Below, piece by piece: positions 50,363-59,484 of a stretch of 64,000 nt of DNA (the stretch's first letter is position 1; every line of letters begins with the position of its first letter). The position numbers and the translations under genes are program-made. The stretch is from a virus. The notes below the pieces were generated by a model. The model was not told the origin of the DNA, did no database searches, and saw nothing but the letters and a program-made list of their open reading frames with translations. Where the stretch lies: the IMG/VR virus record IMGVR_UViG_3300035179_000003, positions 16,023-80,022 of that record. The stretch is one strand, 5' to 3'.

Positions 50363-51345
50363 TTATCCACCACCACCGGGTTTAATGTAAAAACTCACAT
50401 TCTTGATTTTTTCAAACAATTTCGCCGCTTTCTTCACATAATCCACATCATCATATGCTTCTTCAGGAAATATCAAACCCCGGAATTTACGCACAATCTC
50501 CCCCCTTTTCTCGGGACTCGCCACCGACAATAACGGTGTAATATATTGAATCGCGCGCTGTCTGTTAAATTCTATAATCGCTATTTTTTCGTTTAAAGAC
50601 CCTGGAATGAATTTAATTCCACTAAACAAAAAATAAGCTTTTGCAGCGCCGGAGGGAGTCCCTAGGATTTTGGGATAATACCTTTCATGTTGATAATATT
50701 ATGTATTTTGGTATCGAATTTAAACTTCTCATCCAGAATAAAATCGATTACCGCCGGGGACATCTTTCTAATCTTCATAAGACGGTATTTTATCTTCTTT
50801 TTAAGTTCGATCCTTAATTTTTCCGCATTTTCCAAATCGCCATTAGCCAGAAGTTCATTACAACGCATTACAGCCGTTTTAAGCGTGTTTAATTGGGCGG
50901 TGCCATCTTCTTCACATAACTCTTTTTTATTCATTCCTCGATAGGATAATGTAACGAAGAGGATGGATTTATAAGATTCAGCCATTTGATTAGTGATCCG
51001 ATCATCATTTTCCTTAACATATTCAAAGACCATTTCGTCTATCAGGTTGATTTCCTCAGCATTTAAAGTGGAAATTGTGAATGTGTATTTGTTTAAATTC
51101 GGGGAAATTATATCAGTTTCCGCATAGCTATTAAAAATCATTTTTTCAGCCAACTCGAGATCTTCTGTTGATATGCTGGGTAAATCAGGTGGTTTCTCTT
51201 TTACAATCTCCGGAGTTGATAGAGTTTTTTGAATAGCCTCTTCAACCATCTTGTTTGCATCCCTCTTTTGAAAATCCAATACTTTCTCGGCATTTTCCTT
51301 AAAAGGATCTTTAAAATTTTGTTTCTTATCAAACACCCCTGTCAT
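50363..51345 (-). CDS. Tail assembly chaperone with programmed -1 frameshift (ORFs 50662-51345 and 50363-50629)
   Basis: Slippery C CCA AAA (50674-50668) two codons before the stop; the -1 frame is open (ILGTPSGAAKAYFLFSG...) into the second ORF; upstream of the tape measure. Confidence 0.75.
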
Positions 51346-51378
51346 ATAAAATTATCCTTTCTTTAAATGGTTTATTAA

Positions 51379-52714
51379 TTGACATCCTCTGCCGGGGATT
51401 TATCCCCGCAGATTCCTGGGACTAATTATGCAAAGCACAAGTAGCACCAAGTTGGTTCACGCTTCGACAGAGTGTGCGTCTGGGAGCCGAAGCCCTCAGA
51501 CGTCTTACCCCTCCTCCACGCGCAGTCACCGAGTGTCCCTCGGCCATGTCTATGTTTTTTGCTGCGTTCTCGTCTCTGTCGTGATGTGCGCTGCATTTGG
51601 GGCAGTCCCATTCGCGGACATCCAATGGCAACAATTCGACGATATGGCCGCAAGTCGAACACAATTTACTGGACGGAAAAAACCTGTCAACAAGCTTTTC
51701 TTCCTTCCCGTACCGTTCACATTTATACTCAACCATCTGCCGAAAAGCCCCCATGCCGACATCGAGAATTACACGAGCGAAACAATGATTGCTCGACATG
51801 CCCCGCACGTTCAAATCCTCAATTCCGATCACGTCAAACTGTCGCACGAGATCGGTGGTAAACTTGTGAAGAGTGTTGGCACGACACTCTCCAACATGCT
51901 CATGTAGGCGAGCAATTTTCACGCGTTGCCTCTGCCATCGGCCACTACCATTTTTGCGCCGGGCAAGAACGCGCTGCAATCGGGCCAGCTTGGAGAGATT
52001 ACCACCAAGGTAGCGCGGGTTGGCAATGCGTTCACCGTTCGACAGGGTAGCAAGACGGCTTACCCCCAAGTCAACACCAACTGTCTTCCCGGTCTTCGGC
52101 AACTTCTCGACTTCTTCATCGAGGCAAAGAGTGACAAAGTACCTCCCGGACGGCTTCTTGATTATCGTAACCGTCGTGGGGGAGCTCTTGAACTCTCTAC
52201 TCCAACGAATATTAAGACGACCGAGGCCGGAAAGAACAAGGTTTTTATTTACGTCATCCCACTTAAAAGCGCTGATAGTATACTCGGCAGTCTGTTTATT
52301 TCTTTTCTTTTTAAACGAGGGGTAACGCCCACGCTTGGCCCAGAAATTGAGGAAGGCAGTTTGAAGATGGCGAAGCGCTTGCTGAATGGCGACGCTGGAA
52401 ACTTCGGACAGCCACTTTGTTTCTTCTTGTCTTTTAAGAACAGTAAGCATTTTGGATGTGTCGTAATAATTGATTCGCTTCTGTTCCGTTCGCCATGCTT
52501 CAGATCGCAAGCGAAGTGCCCAATTGTAGATGTAACGACAACAACCGAAGACGCGGGAAAGCTCTTGTGCTTGGGCGTCAGTGGGATAGAAGCGAAATCG
52601 GTATCTTGTTTTCACACTAATATTATACATTGTGTAAGTCGAAAAGTCAATACTTGTTTCCAGAAAGGGGCGGCAATTCATCCACAACAGTTAAAACCGT
52701 GTGGTTTTCTTGCT
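51379..52714 (-). mobile_element. IS605/IS1341-type TnpB-only element, GC-richer than its surroundings
   Basis: Left-end hairpin CCACACGGTTTTAACTGTTGTGG; right-end hairpin GGGGATAAATCCCC..TCAA; no tnpA. Confidence 0.88.
51422..52615 (-). CDS. tnpB: TnpB nuclease (probable leaderless GTG start 52615)
   Basis: GVDLG, IEDL and DRDENA RuvC residues intact; CSTC..CPKC; TTGACT-17-TATAAT promoter just upstream of the GTG. Confidence 0.93.
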   Translation of the reverse strand: MKTRYRFRFYPTDAQAQELSRVFGCCRYIYNWALRLRSEAWRTEQKRINYYDTSKMLTVLKRQEETKWLSEVSSVAIQQALRHLQTAFLNFWAKRGRYPSFKKKRNKQTAEYTISAFKWDDVNKNLVLSGLGRLNIRWSREFKSSPTTVTIIKKPSGRYFVTLCLDEEVEKLPKTGKTVGVDLGVSRLATLSNGERIANPRYLGGNLSKLARLQRVLARRKNGSGRWQRQRVKIARLHEHVGECRANTLHKFTTDLVRQFDVIGIEDLNVRGMSSNHCFARVILDVGMGAFRQMVEYKCERYGKEEKLVDRFFPSSKLCSTCGHIVELLPLDVREWDCPKCSAHHDRDENAAKNIDMAEGHSVTARGGGVRRLRASAPRRTLCRSVNQLGATCALHN

Positions 52715-52719
52715 GTATA

Positions 52720-53960
52720 ATTTATAACTACAAACCATGAAAAAGACAATAAAAAAATACAAACTCAAAACACGCTACGTGAGTTCGGCAAAGCTTTTAA
52801 TTAACAAAAAGAGAAATTTTTGGTTTCCTATATAGGAATTTTAAAACCACCCCCCCCTAATTACAAAAAAAATATTGAAAAAAACAAGAAATTTTTTTTT
52901 CTCCTCCCTCGAAAAGTAAAATTGTATATAGGAGGGTTATAATTATACTTTTATTTATATATATATATTATATATATTATATATATATTTTTATTATATA
53001 TATATAGATATAGATCTAACATAGCGCGAGCAAAAATTGAGCCAATCTGTAATTACTTGTTTTTATTTATTTTACAACAAAGGTTTAAAGTAATGGTTTA
53101 AGATTGGTTTTTAATATGCACATTATTGATAAATTTAATAAACTATTTTATGTGTTTCGCACTTGTTACAAAAAATCTGTCCAGCTTGACAAAATAGTGT
53201 ATGCATTTGTTACAACATTTTTTCATTTTGCAACAAAATGGGAAAAAAATTGACAAATAGGAGGCCTTTTTTGATAGTAAAAAGGGCAATTCTGTCCAGC
53301 TTGACAAAATAGTGTATGCATTTGTTACAGTGAAAAATGAAAAAGTGACTGCAACAAAATGCATACTTTTTTTTTAAAATGGACAGATTTTTTTTGACAC
53401 TTTTTATACTTAATCGTTTAAGGGAAAAATTTGCCTAGTAAAATGGCCATTCCCGGAAATCAATGTAAAAAATATATTTTAAGTTATTGATTTTTAAGGA
53501 CATAAATTAAGAAATGAAATTAAAAAAAAGTTGTCAAGTAATTCTATATCTTATTTAAAATCAATTTATTAGTATAGATATTTTGATTTTTTATAATCTA
53601 TTTTTTTAAAAAAAAAATCAATGACTTACAGATTTGGTTTTTTTCCGTTTTGTCAAAATTGACAACATGCTGTATGCATTCTGTTGCAGCCCGCTAAGCC
53701 ACACCAGTACAGGTGGGGTTCTGAATTTGCCACTATTATTCTGTAAAGATTTTTAAAAAAAAACCATTTTTGGTCATTAATGTGATATTTATCACATTAA
53801 TTCTTGTGTTGTAAAGTGAAAATGAAATTTTGATAAAAATGATTTTTATATTTCTATTATTATTAAAGACTTATGATTTATAATTAAAGTAATACTATAG
53901 AGGAGAATGGCTTTAATCGCTTAAATAATTTTTTTTAAAAATATTATATTGTTTTTTAAA
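52720..53960. other. Long AT-rich intergenic region, candidate replication origin
   Basis: (AT)n tract about 52955-53010, 39-bp direct repeats, gene orientation switch. Confidence 0.5.
53176..53329 (+). repeat. 39-bp exact direct repeat (53176-53214 and 53291-53329)
   Basis: TCTGTCCAGCTTGACAAAATAGTGTATGCATTTGTTACA occurs twice. Confidence 0.9.
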
Positions 53961-53965
53961 ATATT

Positions 53966-54448
53966 ATGTTTTATATTATATACATGGGTAAAGATTGTTT
54001 AATTATTAATTATAAATTTAATAATACTGAAATTAAGAATAAATTCAGGGAAGAATTAAAAAAAAGAAACCTGACTATGCAGGCGGCGTTTTCCATATTT
54101 ATCAATCACTTGACAGGAGGCACTAACTTGTTTGATGAAATTAAAATGAAACCAAAGAAAATCACGTATGGATATACACCATACGAGTTTTTTACAATTG
54201 AAAAAGTATACATTGATGATGAACCGAATGGCGAGTATCATATTAAAATTAATGACGGATCTTCCTCGAGAAATGCGTTAATATTTTTTCAGATGTACCT
54301 TGAAAATTTTCAGGTGGGTATGGTTGATGAAATACTTAATATAGAATATCCTATATATGCAAAAACATCAGATACCGATACTATTAAAAATGTCGATTCA
54401 GTTTTTACCGAACTAAACAAACAGTTAGAAGGTTTTAGAAAGAGGTAG
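53966..54448 (+). CDS. Hypothetical protein, possible N-terminal ribbon-helix-helix
   Basis: EIKNKFREELKKRNLTMQAAFS. Confidence 0.55.
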   Translation: MFYIIYMGKDCLIINYKFNNTEIKNKFREELKKRNLTMQAAFSIFINHLTGGTNLFDEIKMKPKKITYGYTPYEFFTIEKVYIDDEPNGEYHIKINDGSSSRNALIFFQMYLENFQVGMVDEILNIEYPIYAKTSDTDTIKNVDSVFTELNKQLEGFRKR

Positions 54449-54451
54449 TCC

Positions 54452-54874
54452 ATGGATATTGAAGTGACCGTTAGTGGAGAAGGTGTTGTTGGTGAACAAA
54501 GGGCAGAGGATCTTCCGGTTTCAACAAAACCTGGATTTGATCCTAATAAGACCCAGGACGTCAGATTTGACGCCGGGGATGAAGAGGGTGGTATTATAGC
54601 TCCTTCAAAACCAAATAGGTCTGTAGAGGGTTCTGTGATACTTACGGGCATTAAAGTGGCTTATTACGTCGGAGAAGAACGTGTAAGCAAGGATGTGAGG
54701 GATATATTCGATAGTGAAAATGATGCGAAAGCTGCAGTTGTGAATTCAAAAACATATTACGCGCAGACGACTCGCGGATTAAAACTGGTTACAATTATTT
54801 CGGGGGCTCCAAAGATATCGGTCGGAGACGTCGAAAGATGGATTTATATCGAGGGAGAGTGGAAGAAAACATAA
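54452..54874 (+). CDS. Hypothetical protein
   Basis: 140 aa, RBS GAGG. Confidence 0.65.
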   Translation: MDIEVTVSGEGVVGEQRAEDLPVSTKPGFDPNKTQDVRFDAGDEEGGIIAPSKPNRSVEGSVILTGIKVAYYVGEERVSKDVRDIFDSENDAKAAVVNSKTYYAQTTRGLKLVTIISGAPKISVGDVERWIYIEGEWKKT

Positions 54875-54897
54875 ATATTTTGTAGAAAGGCGGTTTT

Positions 54898-55200
54898 GTG
54901 CTTATTAATAAAATTCAAACAACAGGAATGGATTCAAAACCATCAGAAAATTTTCAATATCTATCTGATGAATTAGATAAAGAAATATCTAAATTATATT
55001 CAGAAATGGTAGATTTTGAAAAAGTTATTGTTTCGGTATTGCGCCCGTCATGTAAAAGCGAGAATTGTGAAAAAAATCCTGTAAATGATACACGTTCTCC
55101 TATGGAAAATTGGTTAGTAGAACAAATAAGAAGAATTAGAGAAATCTCTAATCATCTTTGTGATTATCGTGAAAGATGCTGCCTCACACAAATGAAATAA
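54898..55200 (+). CDS. Hypothetical protein
   Basis: 100 aa. Confidence 0.55.
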   Translation: MLINKIQTTGMDSKPSENFQYLSDELDKEISKLYSEMVDFEKVIVSVLRPSCKSENCEKNPVNDTRSPMENWLVEQIRRIREISNHLCDYRERCCLTQMK

Positions 55201-55557
55201 ATGGATAAGTATATTTTTATTTTTATTGTTCTATTTTTTATCTTTCTTTTAAGGTATTTGATTTATTTCGATAAATACAATAAATTAGATACCTTAAAAG
55301 ATAAGATAAATTATACCCATCATGACATTGATTCATTTACTATAATCATTAATATATTAAGTAATAAAAGAAAAAAAACATTTTTAGATCAACAATTATT
55401 TTATAGAACTTGTTTTTTATTAAGTAAGAGTTACTCTTATTATGATAGTATTGTTACTATATATAATTCAGAAATTGATATTACGTTTTATAAAAATACC
55501 CCATTCGGGGTTCATAAATCGTTATTACCGGAACGATATACTAAATTAGTCCAATAG
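55201..55557 (+). CDS. Hypothetical membrane-anchored protein
   Basis: N-terminal hydrophobic helix. Confidence 0.55.
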   Translation: MDKYIFIFIVLFFIFLLRYLIYFDKYNKLDTLKDKINYTHHDIDSFTIIINILSNKRKKTFLDQQLFYRTCFLLSKSYSYYDSIVTIYNSEIDITFYKNTPFGVHKSLLPERYTKLVQ

Positions 55558-55565
55558 GAATTATT

Positions 55566-55793
55566 ATGGTTGATTTTGAAAAAGAGTTTCCTCTTGTGAA
55601 TTTTGAACAAAAAAGTAAGAATGTTCTTTTAATTCTTGAAGATAGTTATGTTGACGGCGAACCTGTTATGGATTTGGAAAAGCTGGATGGAAAATATGAA
55701 TTTGGGATTCATAAAAAAATATTTAATGCTTTTTCTGATGAGTATGACATGGATATTTACAATAAAATTATTAAAATGCGCAGGAAAAAATGA
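55566..55793 (+). CDS. Hypothetical protein
   Basis: 75 aa. Confidence 0.55.
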   Translation: MVDFEKEFPLVNFEQKSKNVLLILEDSYVDGEPVMDLEKLDGKYEFGIHKKIFNAFSDEYDMDIYNKIIKMRRKK

Positions 55794-56218
55794 AAAAAGA
55801 ATTTTGTCCGTTGTGTTGTAGATATATAGATACAATCTGTAAATATTGCGGCACGCAAGTGTGGACCGATGATGATGGTAAACTATGTTTCGATAATCCC
55901 AAAACAATGCTTATTTTTGAGGATAATGATTTTGAATCGAAATATCTTTTATTGACCCCTCCGAATAAAATTGAAGTACCGCGAAATTTATCTTTTCGTA
56001 AAAAGGTTATTATTATAATGAATATTCTTGATATGAAAATATTTACTTTATCAACCCAGATACAATTTGGGCCATATGTTTATTATCCAAGAATAGTAGA
56101 AATAAATGGTAGAATAAGATATATGGTTACAGGGTTTAATCCTGAACTTCTTCATCAGGTAACATTTAAAAAATATTCATTTTATTACGGTGTTAAAAGA
56201 GTAATAAATCTGGTATAA
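55790..56218 (+). CDS. Hypothetical Zn-ribbon protein
   Basis: CPLC...CKYC. Confidence 0.55.
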   Translation: MKKEFCPLCCRYIDTICKYCGTQVWTDDDGKLCFDNPKTMLIFEDNDFESKYLLLTPPNKIEVPRNLSFRKKVIIIMNILDMKIFTLSTQIQFGPYVYYPRIVEINGRIRYMVTGFNPELLHQVTFKKYSFYYGVKRVINLV

Positions 56219-56232
56219 TAATTATGGAAGAA

Positions 56233-56457
56233 ATAGTTACTTTTATGGAGATAGACGATTGAAGAATTATACCACCAGCGTGCCCTTAGCCGGCTAAAGT
56301 CCGGCCTAACAACTAGTACCTGGCGTGGTTTTGAAGCCACAGAAATTAGGGTTAACAAATTTCATTAATACTGTAATATTGATGAGCAAATTAATCGGCG
56401 TTACAGCGCAATCGCTTTGGCAAGCGACAATCTGTTGAAGGCTATAAAGGTAACTAT
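56233..56457 (+). ncRNA. Putative stem-bracketed RNA directly behind a promoter
   Basis: ATAGTTACTTTTATGG / CTATAAAGGTAACTAT terminal stem; no ORF of 60 aa or more. Confidence 0.45.
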
Positions 56458-56593
56458 ATTTTTATAAACAATTTATTTACAAAGAGTTATATTATTTATC
56501 TAAAAAAAATATTAAGGAACTGATTACACTCTTTGTCTAGTTGTACAAAATTTTGCCAGCTTTGAATTTATAGTTCGGCTGGCTGGAGGCACA

Positions 56594-56779
56594 ATGAACT
56601 TTATTGGATTTTTCGCGGCAGCGTTTTTCTCGTCACTTTTTATTCATTTAGTGGTCGTTCAGCCTGCATGGGGCTTGATTGCTTGGTCGGGTTTTACTGG
56701 TATAGGCTTTGTCGTTTCAATAGTCAACGCCAGCCGAAAGAAAATTAAGGAAGCTGGCAAAACTTCGTACAACAAATAA
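56594..56779 (+). CDS. Cassette 1: small two-TM membrane protein
   Basis: RBS GGAGG; stop lies inside attC1. Confidence 0.65.
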   Translation: MNFIGFFAAAFFSSLFIHLVVVQPAWGLIAWSGFTGIGFVVSIVNASRKKIKEAGKTSYNK

Positions 56780-56839
56780 ATGGTGTTCGCTAACGCACAT
56801 TGCGAAGCGCAACGTCACCATTTATCGGACGTTGTACGA
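56765..56839 (+). repeat. attC-like site 1
   Basis: TCGTACAAC..ATAAATGGTG..CACCATTTAT..GTTGTACGA. Confidence 0.8.
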
Positions 56840-56870
56840 CCATATTTTGCTTTTTGGAGGTTATAGGCAC

Positions 56871-57080
56871 ATGGCTAAACAGGAACAGTTTTGTTACAAA
56901 TGTTATATGTCAAGGATGTGTGATGCGCAGTTTCCAAACGGTAGTCCGCCATGTGCAGCACTGGTTGAAGTGCAAAACACGGCGCACAACAAACAAAGTA
57001 CGCCATGTTCTCATATAGATGATGTTTGTCCTGAGTGTGGGGCACCTACTGTCAACGGGACATATTCACCGTATCGGTAG
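56871..57080 (+). CDS. Cassette 2: small Cys-rich protein reading into attC2
   Basis: RBS GGAGG; CYKC, CPEC. Confidence 0.55.
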   Translation: MAKQEQFCYKCYMSRMCDAQFPNGSPPCAALVEVQNTAHNKQSTPCSHIDDVCPECGAPTVNGTYSPYR

Positions 57081-57109
57081 GCACGGCGTACATTTGTAAC
57101 CCGTTGGTT
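56984..57109 (+). repeat. attC-like site 2
   Basis: GCACAAC..ACAAAGTACGCC..GGCGTACATTTGT..GTTGGTT, with an extrahelical base. Confidence 0.75.
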
Positions 57110-57135
57110 AACATAATTTTTTCTCTGGAGGTTAT

Positions 57136-57342
57136 ATGCGCGGCAAGAGATTAACAAAGTTACAACTGGAATATTTAGACAAAAATATTACTCATGGTGC
57201 ATATATTGCTTATCCAACAAATATTTTTCAATCTGACAATTATTTAAAGTGGCGAAGAGAACGCCGCGCAAACTTGTTGAAGAAAAAATTTCGTCAACCA
57301 ATACATATTAGAGGAAATTCCGCCTGTGCCTTTAAATTATAG
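57136..57342 (+). CDS. Cassette 3: small basic protein
   Basis: RBS GGAGG. Confidence 0.5.
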   Translation: MRGKRLTKLQLEYLDKNITHGAYIAYPTNIFQSDNYLKWRRERRANLLKKKFRQPIHIRGNSACAFKL

Positions 57343-57368
57343 CGCGCGCAGGAGAAAGAGAAAAAAAA

Positions 57369-57800
57369 ATGAAAACAATAAGCATACAGCAGCCTTGGGC
57401 ATGGGCCATAATTAACAAGGGGAAAGATATTGAAAATCGTGATTGGTACACAAATATTCGTGGAAAAGTATTGATCCATGCTGGCAAAAAAATAGACAAA
57501 GAAAGCTATTATTTTTTACACCATCAAATGGGATTGTTCATTCCAGAAGATAAAGAATTACAAACGGGTGGCATTATTGGAAGTGTTGAAATTGTAGATT
57601 GCGTCAGGTCAAGCACAAGCAAATGGTTTTTTGGAAAATTTGGATTTGTATTAAGAAATCCAATCGAATTACCATTTATGCCATATAGGGGACAATTAGG
57701 ATTTTTCGACGTTTCATACAAAGATGCGCGCGAGGAAGGGGAGGGCACAGGCTCCACATCCTCTAACACGCAAAGAGCAGAACAAAAAGAAGGTAGTTAA
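57369..57800 (+). CDS. ASCH-domain protein
   Basis: SIQQPWAWAI..GKDIENR.W....RG..LIHA; G.IIG.V...D; GQLGFF. Confidence 0.85.
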   Translation: MKTISIQQPWAWAIINKGKDIENRDWYTNIRGKVLIHAGKKIDKESYYFLHHQMGLFIPEDKELQTGGIIGSVEIVDCVRSSTSKWFFGKFGFVLRNPIELPFMPYRGQLGFFDVSYKDAREEGEGTGSTSSNTQRAEQKEGS

Positions 57801-57843
57801 AATATTATAGTTTTTTGCTCCGCTCTTTTGCGGGGCGTTATAC
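57761..57843 (+). repeat. attC-like site 3
   Basis: CTCTAAC..CGCAAAGAGC..GCTCTTTTGCG..GTTATAC. Confidence 0.75.
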
Positions 57844-57848
57844 GAAAT

Positions 57849-57986
57849 AAGAGGTTGCTTTTATGGTTATAGGCGGCAAACAGTACCGGGTACGGCGGGT
57901 AGGATTTGAACCCGAAGCCGATGGTTCGACTCCATCTGTGGTGGGGCACACTCCACTTGCCGCTTTATACTATAGAGGCAACCCTT
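57849..57986 (+). ncRNA. ORF-less cassette 4: stem-bracketed tRNA-like RNA
   Basis: About 28-bp terminal stem; perfect T-arm GATGG-TTCGACT-CCATC; ATTTGAA anticodon-like loop. Confidence 0.6.
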
Positions 57987-57992
57987 TAAATC

Positions 57993-58063
57993 GCACAACA
58001 AAGCAATGGTGGCGGAGGCCTAAATTTTGAGTACAAAACTTCACCATTGCTCGGACGTTGTAT
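57993..58063 (+). repeat. attC-like site 4
   Basis: GCACAAC..AGCAATGGTG..CACCATTGCT..GTTGTAT. Confidence 0.8.
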
Positions 58064-58067
58064 GTAA

Positions 58068-58279
58068 GTTTTCGCTCTTTGAATTTATAGGCAATGGCGG
58101 GGTTAGGGAACGGCAGCTTTGCCAATACGGGGGTAATTTGTGTTCAACCCGCTGCCTACATGGGAGTAACCTAACTACATTAATGTAGCGGAGTGTCTGG
58201 TCTGGGCCAGTACCAAATGATATTTGCCATGTATGGAACTAAGAACCGTCATTGCTTTTTAATATTGTGGAGCGAAAAC
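58068..58279 (+). ncRNA. ORF-less cassette 5: stem-bracketed structured RNA
   Basis: GTTTTCGCTC/GAGCGAAAAC and GCAATGGCGG/CCGTCATTGC terminal stems; internal GGCAG/CTGCC and TACATGG/CCATGTA. Confidence 0.55.
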
Positions 58280-58283
58280 CAAC

Positions 58284-58351
58284 ACACAACAGCCAAAGTA
58301 TGTTCGTTCCGCAAATTGTTTCACAACTTCATACTTTGCCACACGTTATAA
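58284..58351 (+). repeat. attC-like site 5
   Basis: ACACAAC..CAAAGTATG..CATACTTTG..GTTATAA. Confidence 0.8.
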
Positions 58352-58407
58352 GAAATAATATTTTGCGCAAAAGGTAAAGAAGCGCGCCATAAAGGTTCGG
58401 AGGAAAA

Positions 58408-58872
58408 ATGCAAAAAGAAATAAGACAAAAACCAAAATACAAACAGGTTGAAGACGGGTTTTCCGATGTCCTGGTTTATGTGACAAAAGATAACAAAGAG
58501 TTTAAAACAGAAAAAGAAGCAATGATCCACGAAGCGGATTTGGTATCGTTGGAAGATTTCAATAAAAAGTACCATCATTTTAAAGAAGGTTTTTCCGGAA
58601 GGGATTACGATGTCATTATTATTGACGAACTCACCAAAGAAAACAAAATAGAAATCGGAAGACGCTTTCGGCATATCAGTGAATCACAATTAAGGGTTGG
58701 CGTGAACTTAATATTTACCGACGATTCTGGCGACTATACGTATCAGTCGGTTGACCATCCAGAAGATTTGTTAAGAAATTTCGAAAACGAAATTGAGGAA
58801 ATTAAGAATACAAAATGTTACAGCTTACAACAAACGCTAACTGGTGCAGTAAGAAGTTGCAACTTCAGTTAG
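58408..58872 (+). CDS. Cassette 6: hypothetical protein
   Basis: RBS GGAGG; Y.TKD.KEF.TEKEA..HE motif. Confidence 0.65.
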   Translation: MQKEIRQKPKYKQVEDGFSDVLVYVTKDNKEFKTEKEAMIHEADLVSLEDFNKKYHHFKEGFSGRDYDVIIIDELTKENKIEIGRRFRHISESQLRVGVNLIFTDDSGDYTYQSVDHPEDLLRNFENEIEEIKNTKCYSLQQTLTGAVRSCNFS

Positions 58873-58886
58873 CTAATCCGTTATAA
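58824..58886 (+). repeat. attC-like site 6
   Basis: CTTACAAC..GCTAACTG..CAGTTAGC..GTTATAA. Confidence 0.8.
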
Positions 58887-58891
58887 GAAAT

Positions 58892-59023
58892 AGAAAGGGC
58901 TTTTATGGTAGTAGGCGGCTTAATTAATGAACAAAGTAGCAGTCTTGAACACCTGCCGATTTATGGCGTAAATGGTTCGAACCTCAAGATTACTCGCCGC
59001 TTTACACTATGGAGACCCTTTTT
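58892..59023 (+). ncRNA. ORF-less cassette 7: stem-bracketed tRNA-Ser-like RNA
   Basis: Terminal stem homologous to that of cassette 4; GCAG-T-CTTGAAC..CTGC, variable-arm-like GCC/GGC, GGTTCGAACC. Confidence 0.55.
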
Positions 59024-59028
59024 AAATT

Positions 59029-59124
59029 ACGCAACAAATAAAGGTTGTCATGCCACTAAGAATGGAGATTACCCATCATTATAGGAAAACGGCGGCACAG
59101 GCAACTATTTATCAAACGTTGTGC
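59029..59124 (+). repeat. attC-like site 7
   Basis: ACGCAAC..ATAAAGGTTGTC..GGCAACTATTTAT..GTTGTGC. Confidence 0.75.
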
Positions 59125-59157
59125 GCTATATTTTACTTTTTTATATTGGAGGAACTC

Positions 59158-59484
59158 ATGGAAAAAGATGAAGCATTGTCATATTTAAAAGAATGTGTGG
59201 ATAGTAAGGGTGGGAATATTTATAAAGAGGCTTTGCAAACTATTAGTATGGAAAATCGGATAAATAAAGGTGACATAGTTAAAATTAAAGGGTCTACGTC
59301 TTGGAGTGGTGAAAATTATTTAGTATCAAACATTTATCAAAACGTTGACGATCCTAATGATCGGCTGTTGTGTGTCAGTTGGGTTGAGCCCCATTCGCAT
59401 TCTCCACGATCTGCGCTGGCGGCAGAATATCAATTTATACACGCGCCAAGAGAAATTAAGAATGAAAAACAGGCCAGTGTATAA
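59158..59484 (+). CDS. Cassette 8: hypothetical protein
   Basis: RBS GGAGG before ATG 59158. Confidence 0.6.
   Translation: MEKDEALSYLKECVDSKGGNIYKEALQTISMENRINKGDIVKIKGSTSWSGENYLVSNIYQNVDDPNDRLLCVSWVEPHSHSPRSALAAEYQFIHAPREIKNEKQASV

Noticed and set aside
51426-52720. Overlapping and antisense ORFs over tnpB (e.g. 51926-52720 +)
   Set aside because: Shadow ORFs of a GC-rich gene with no recognisable motifs
57885-58990. Canonical tRNA genes
   Set aside because: Acceptor and D stems do not form and there is no CCA; reported as tRNA-like only
56540-59124. CRISPR or terminator interpretation of the periodic hairpins
   Set aside because: Repeats are not identical, spacing is gene-sized, and they have AAC/GTT cores rather than U-tracts
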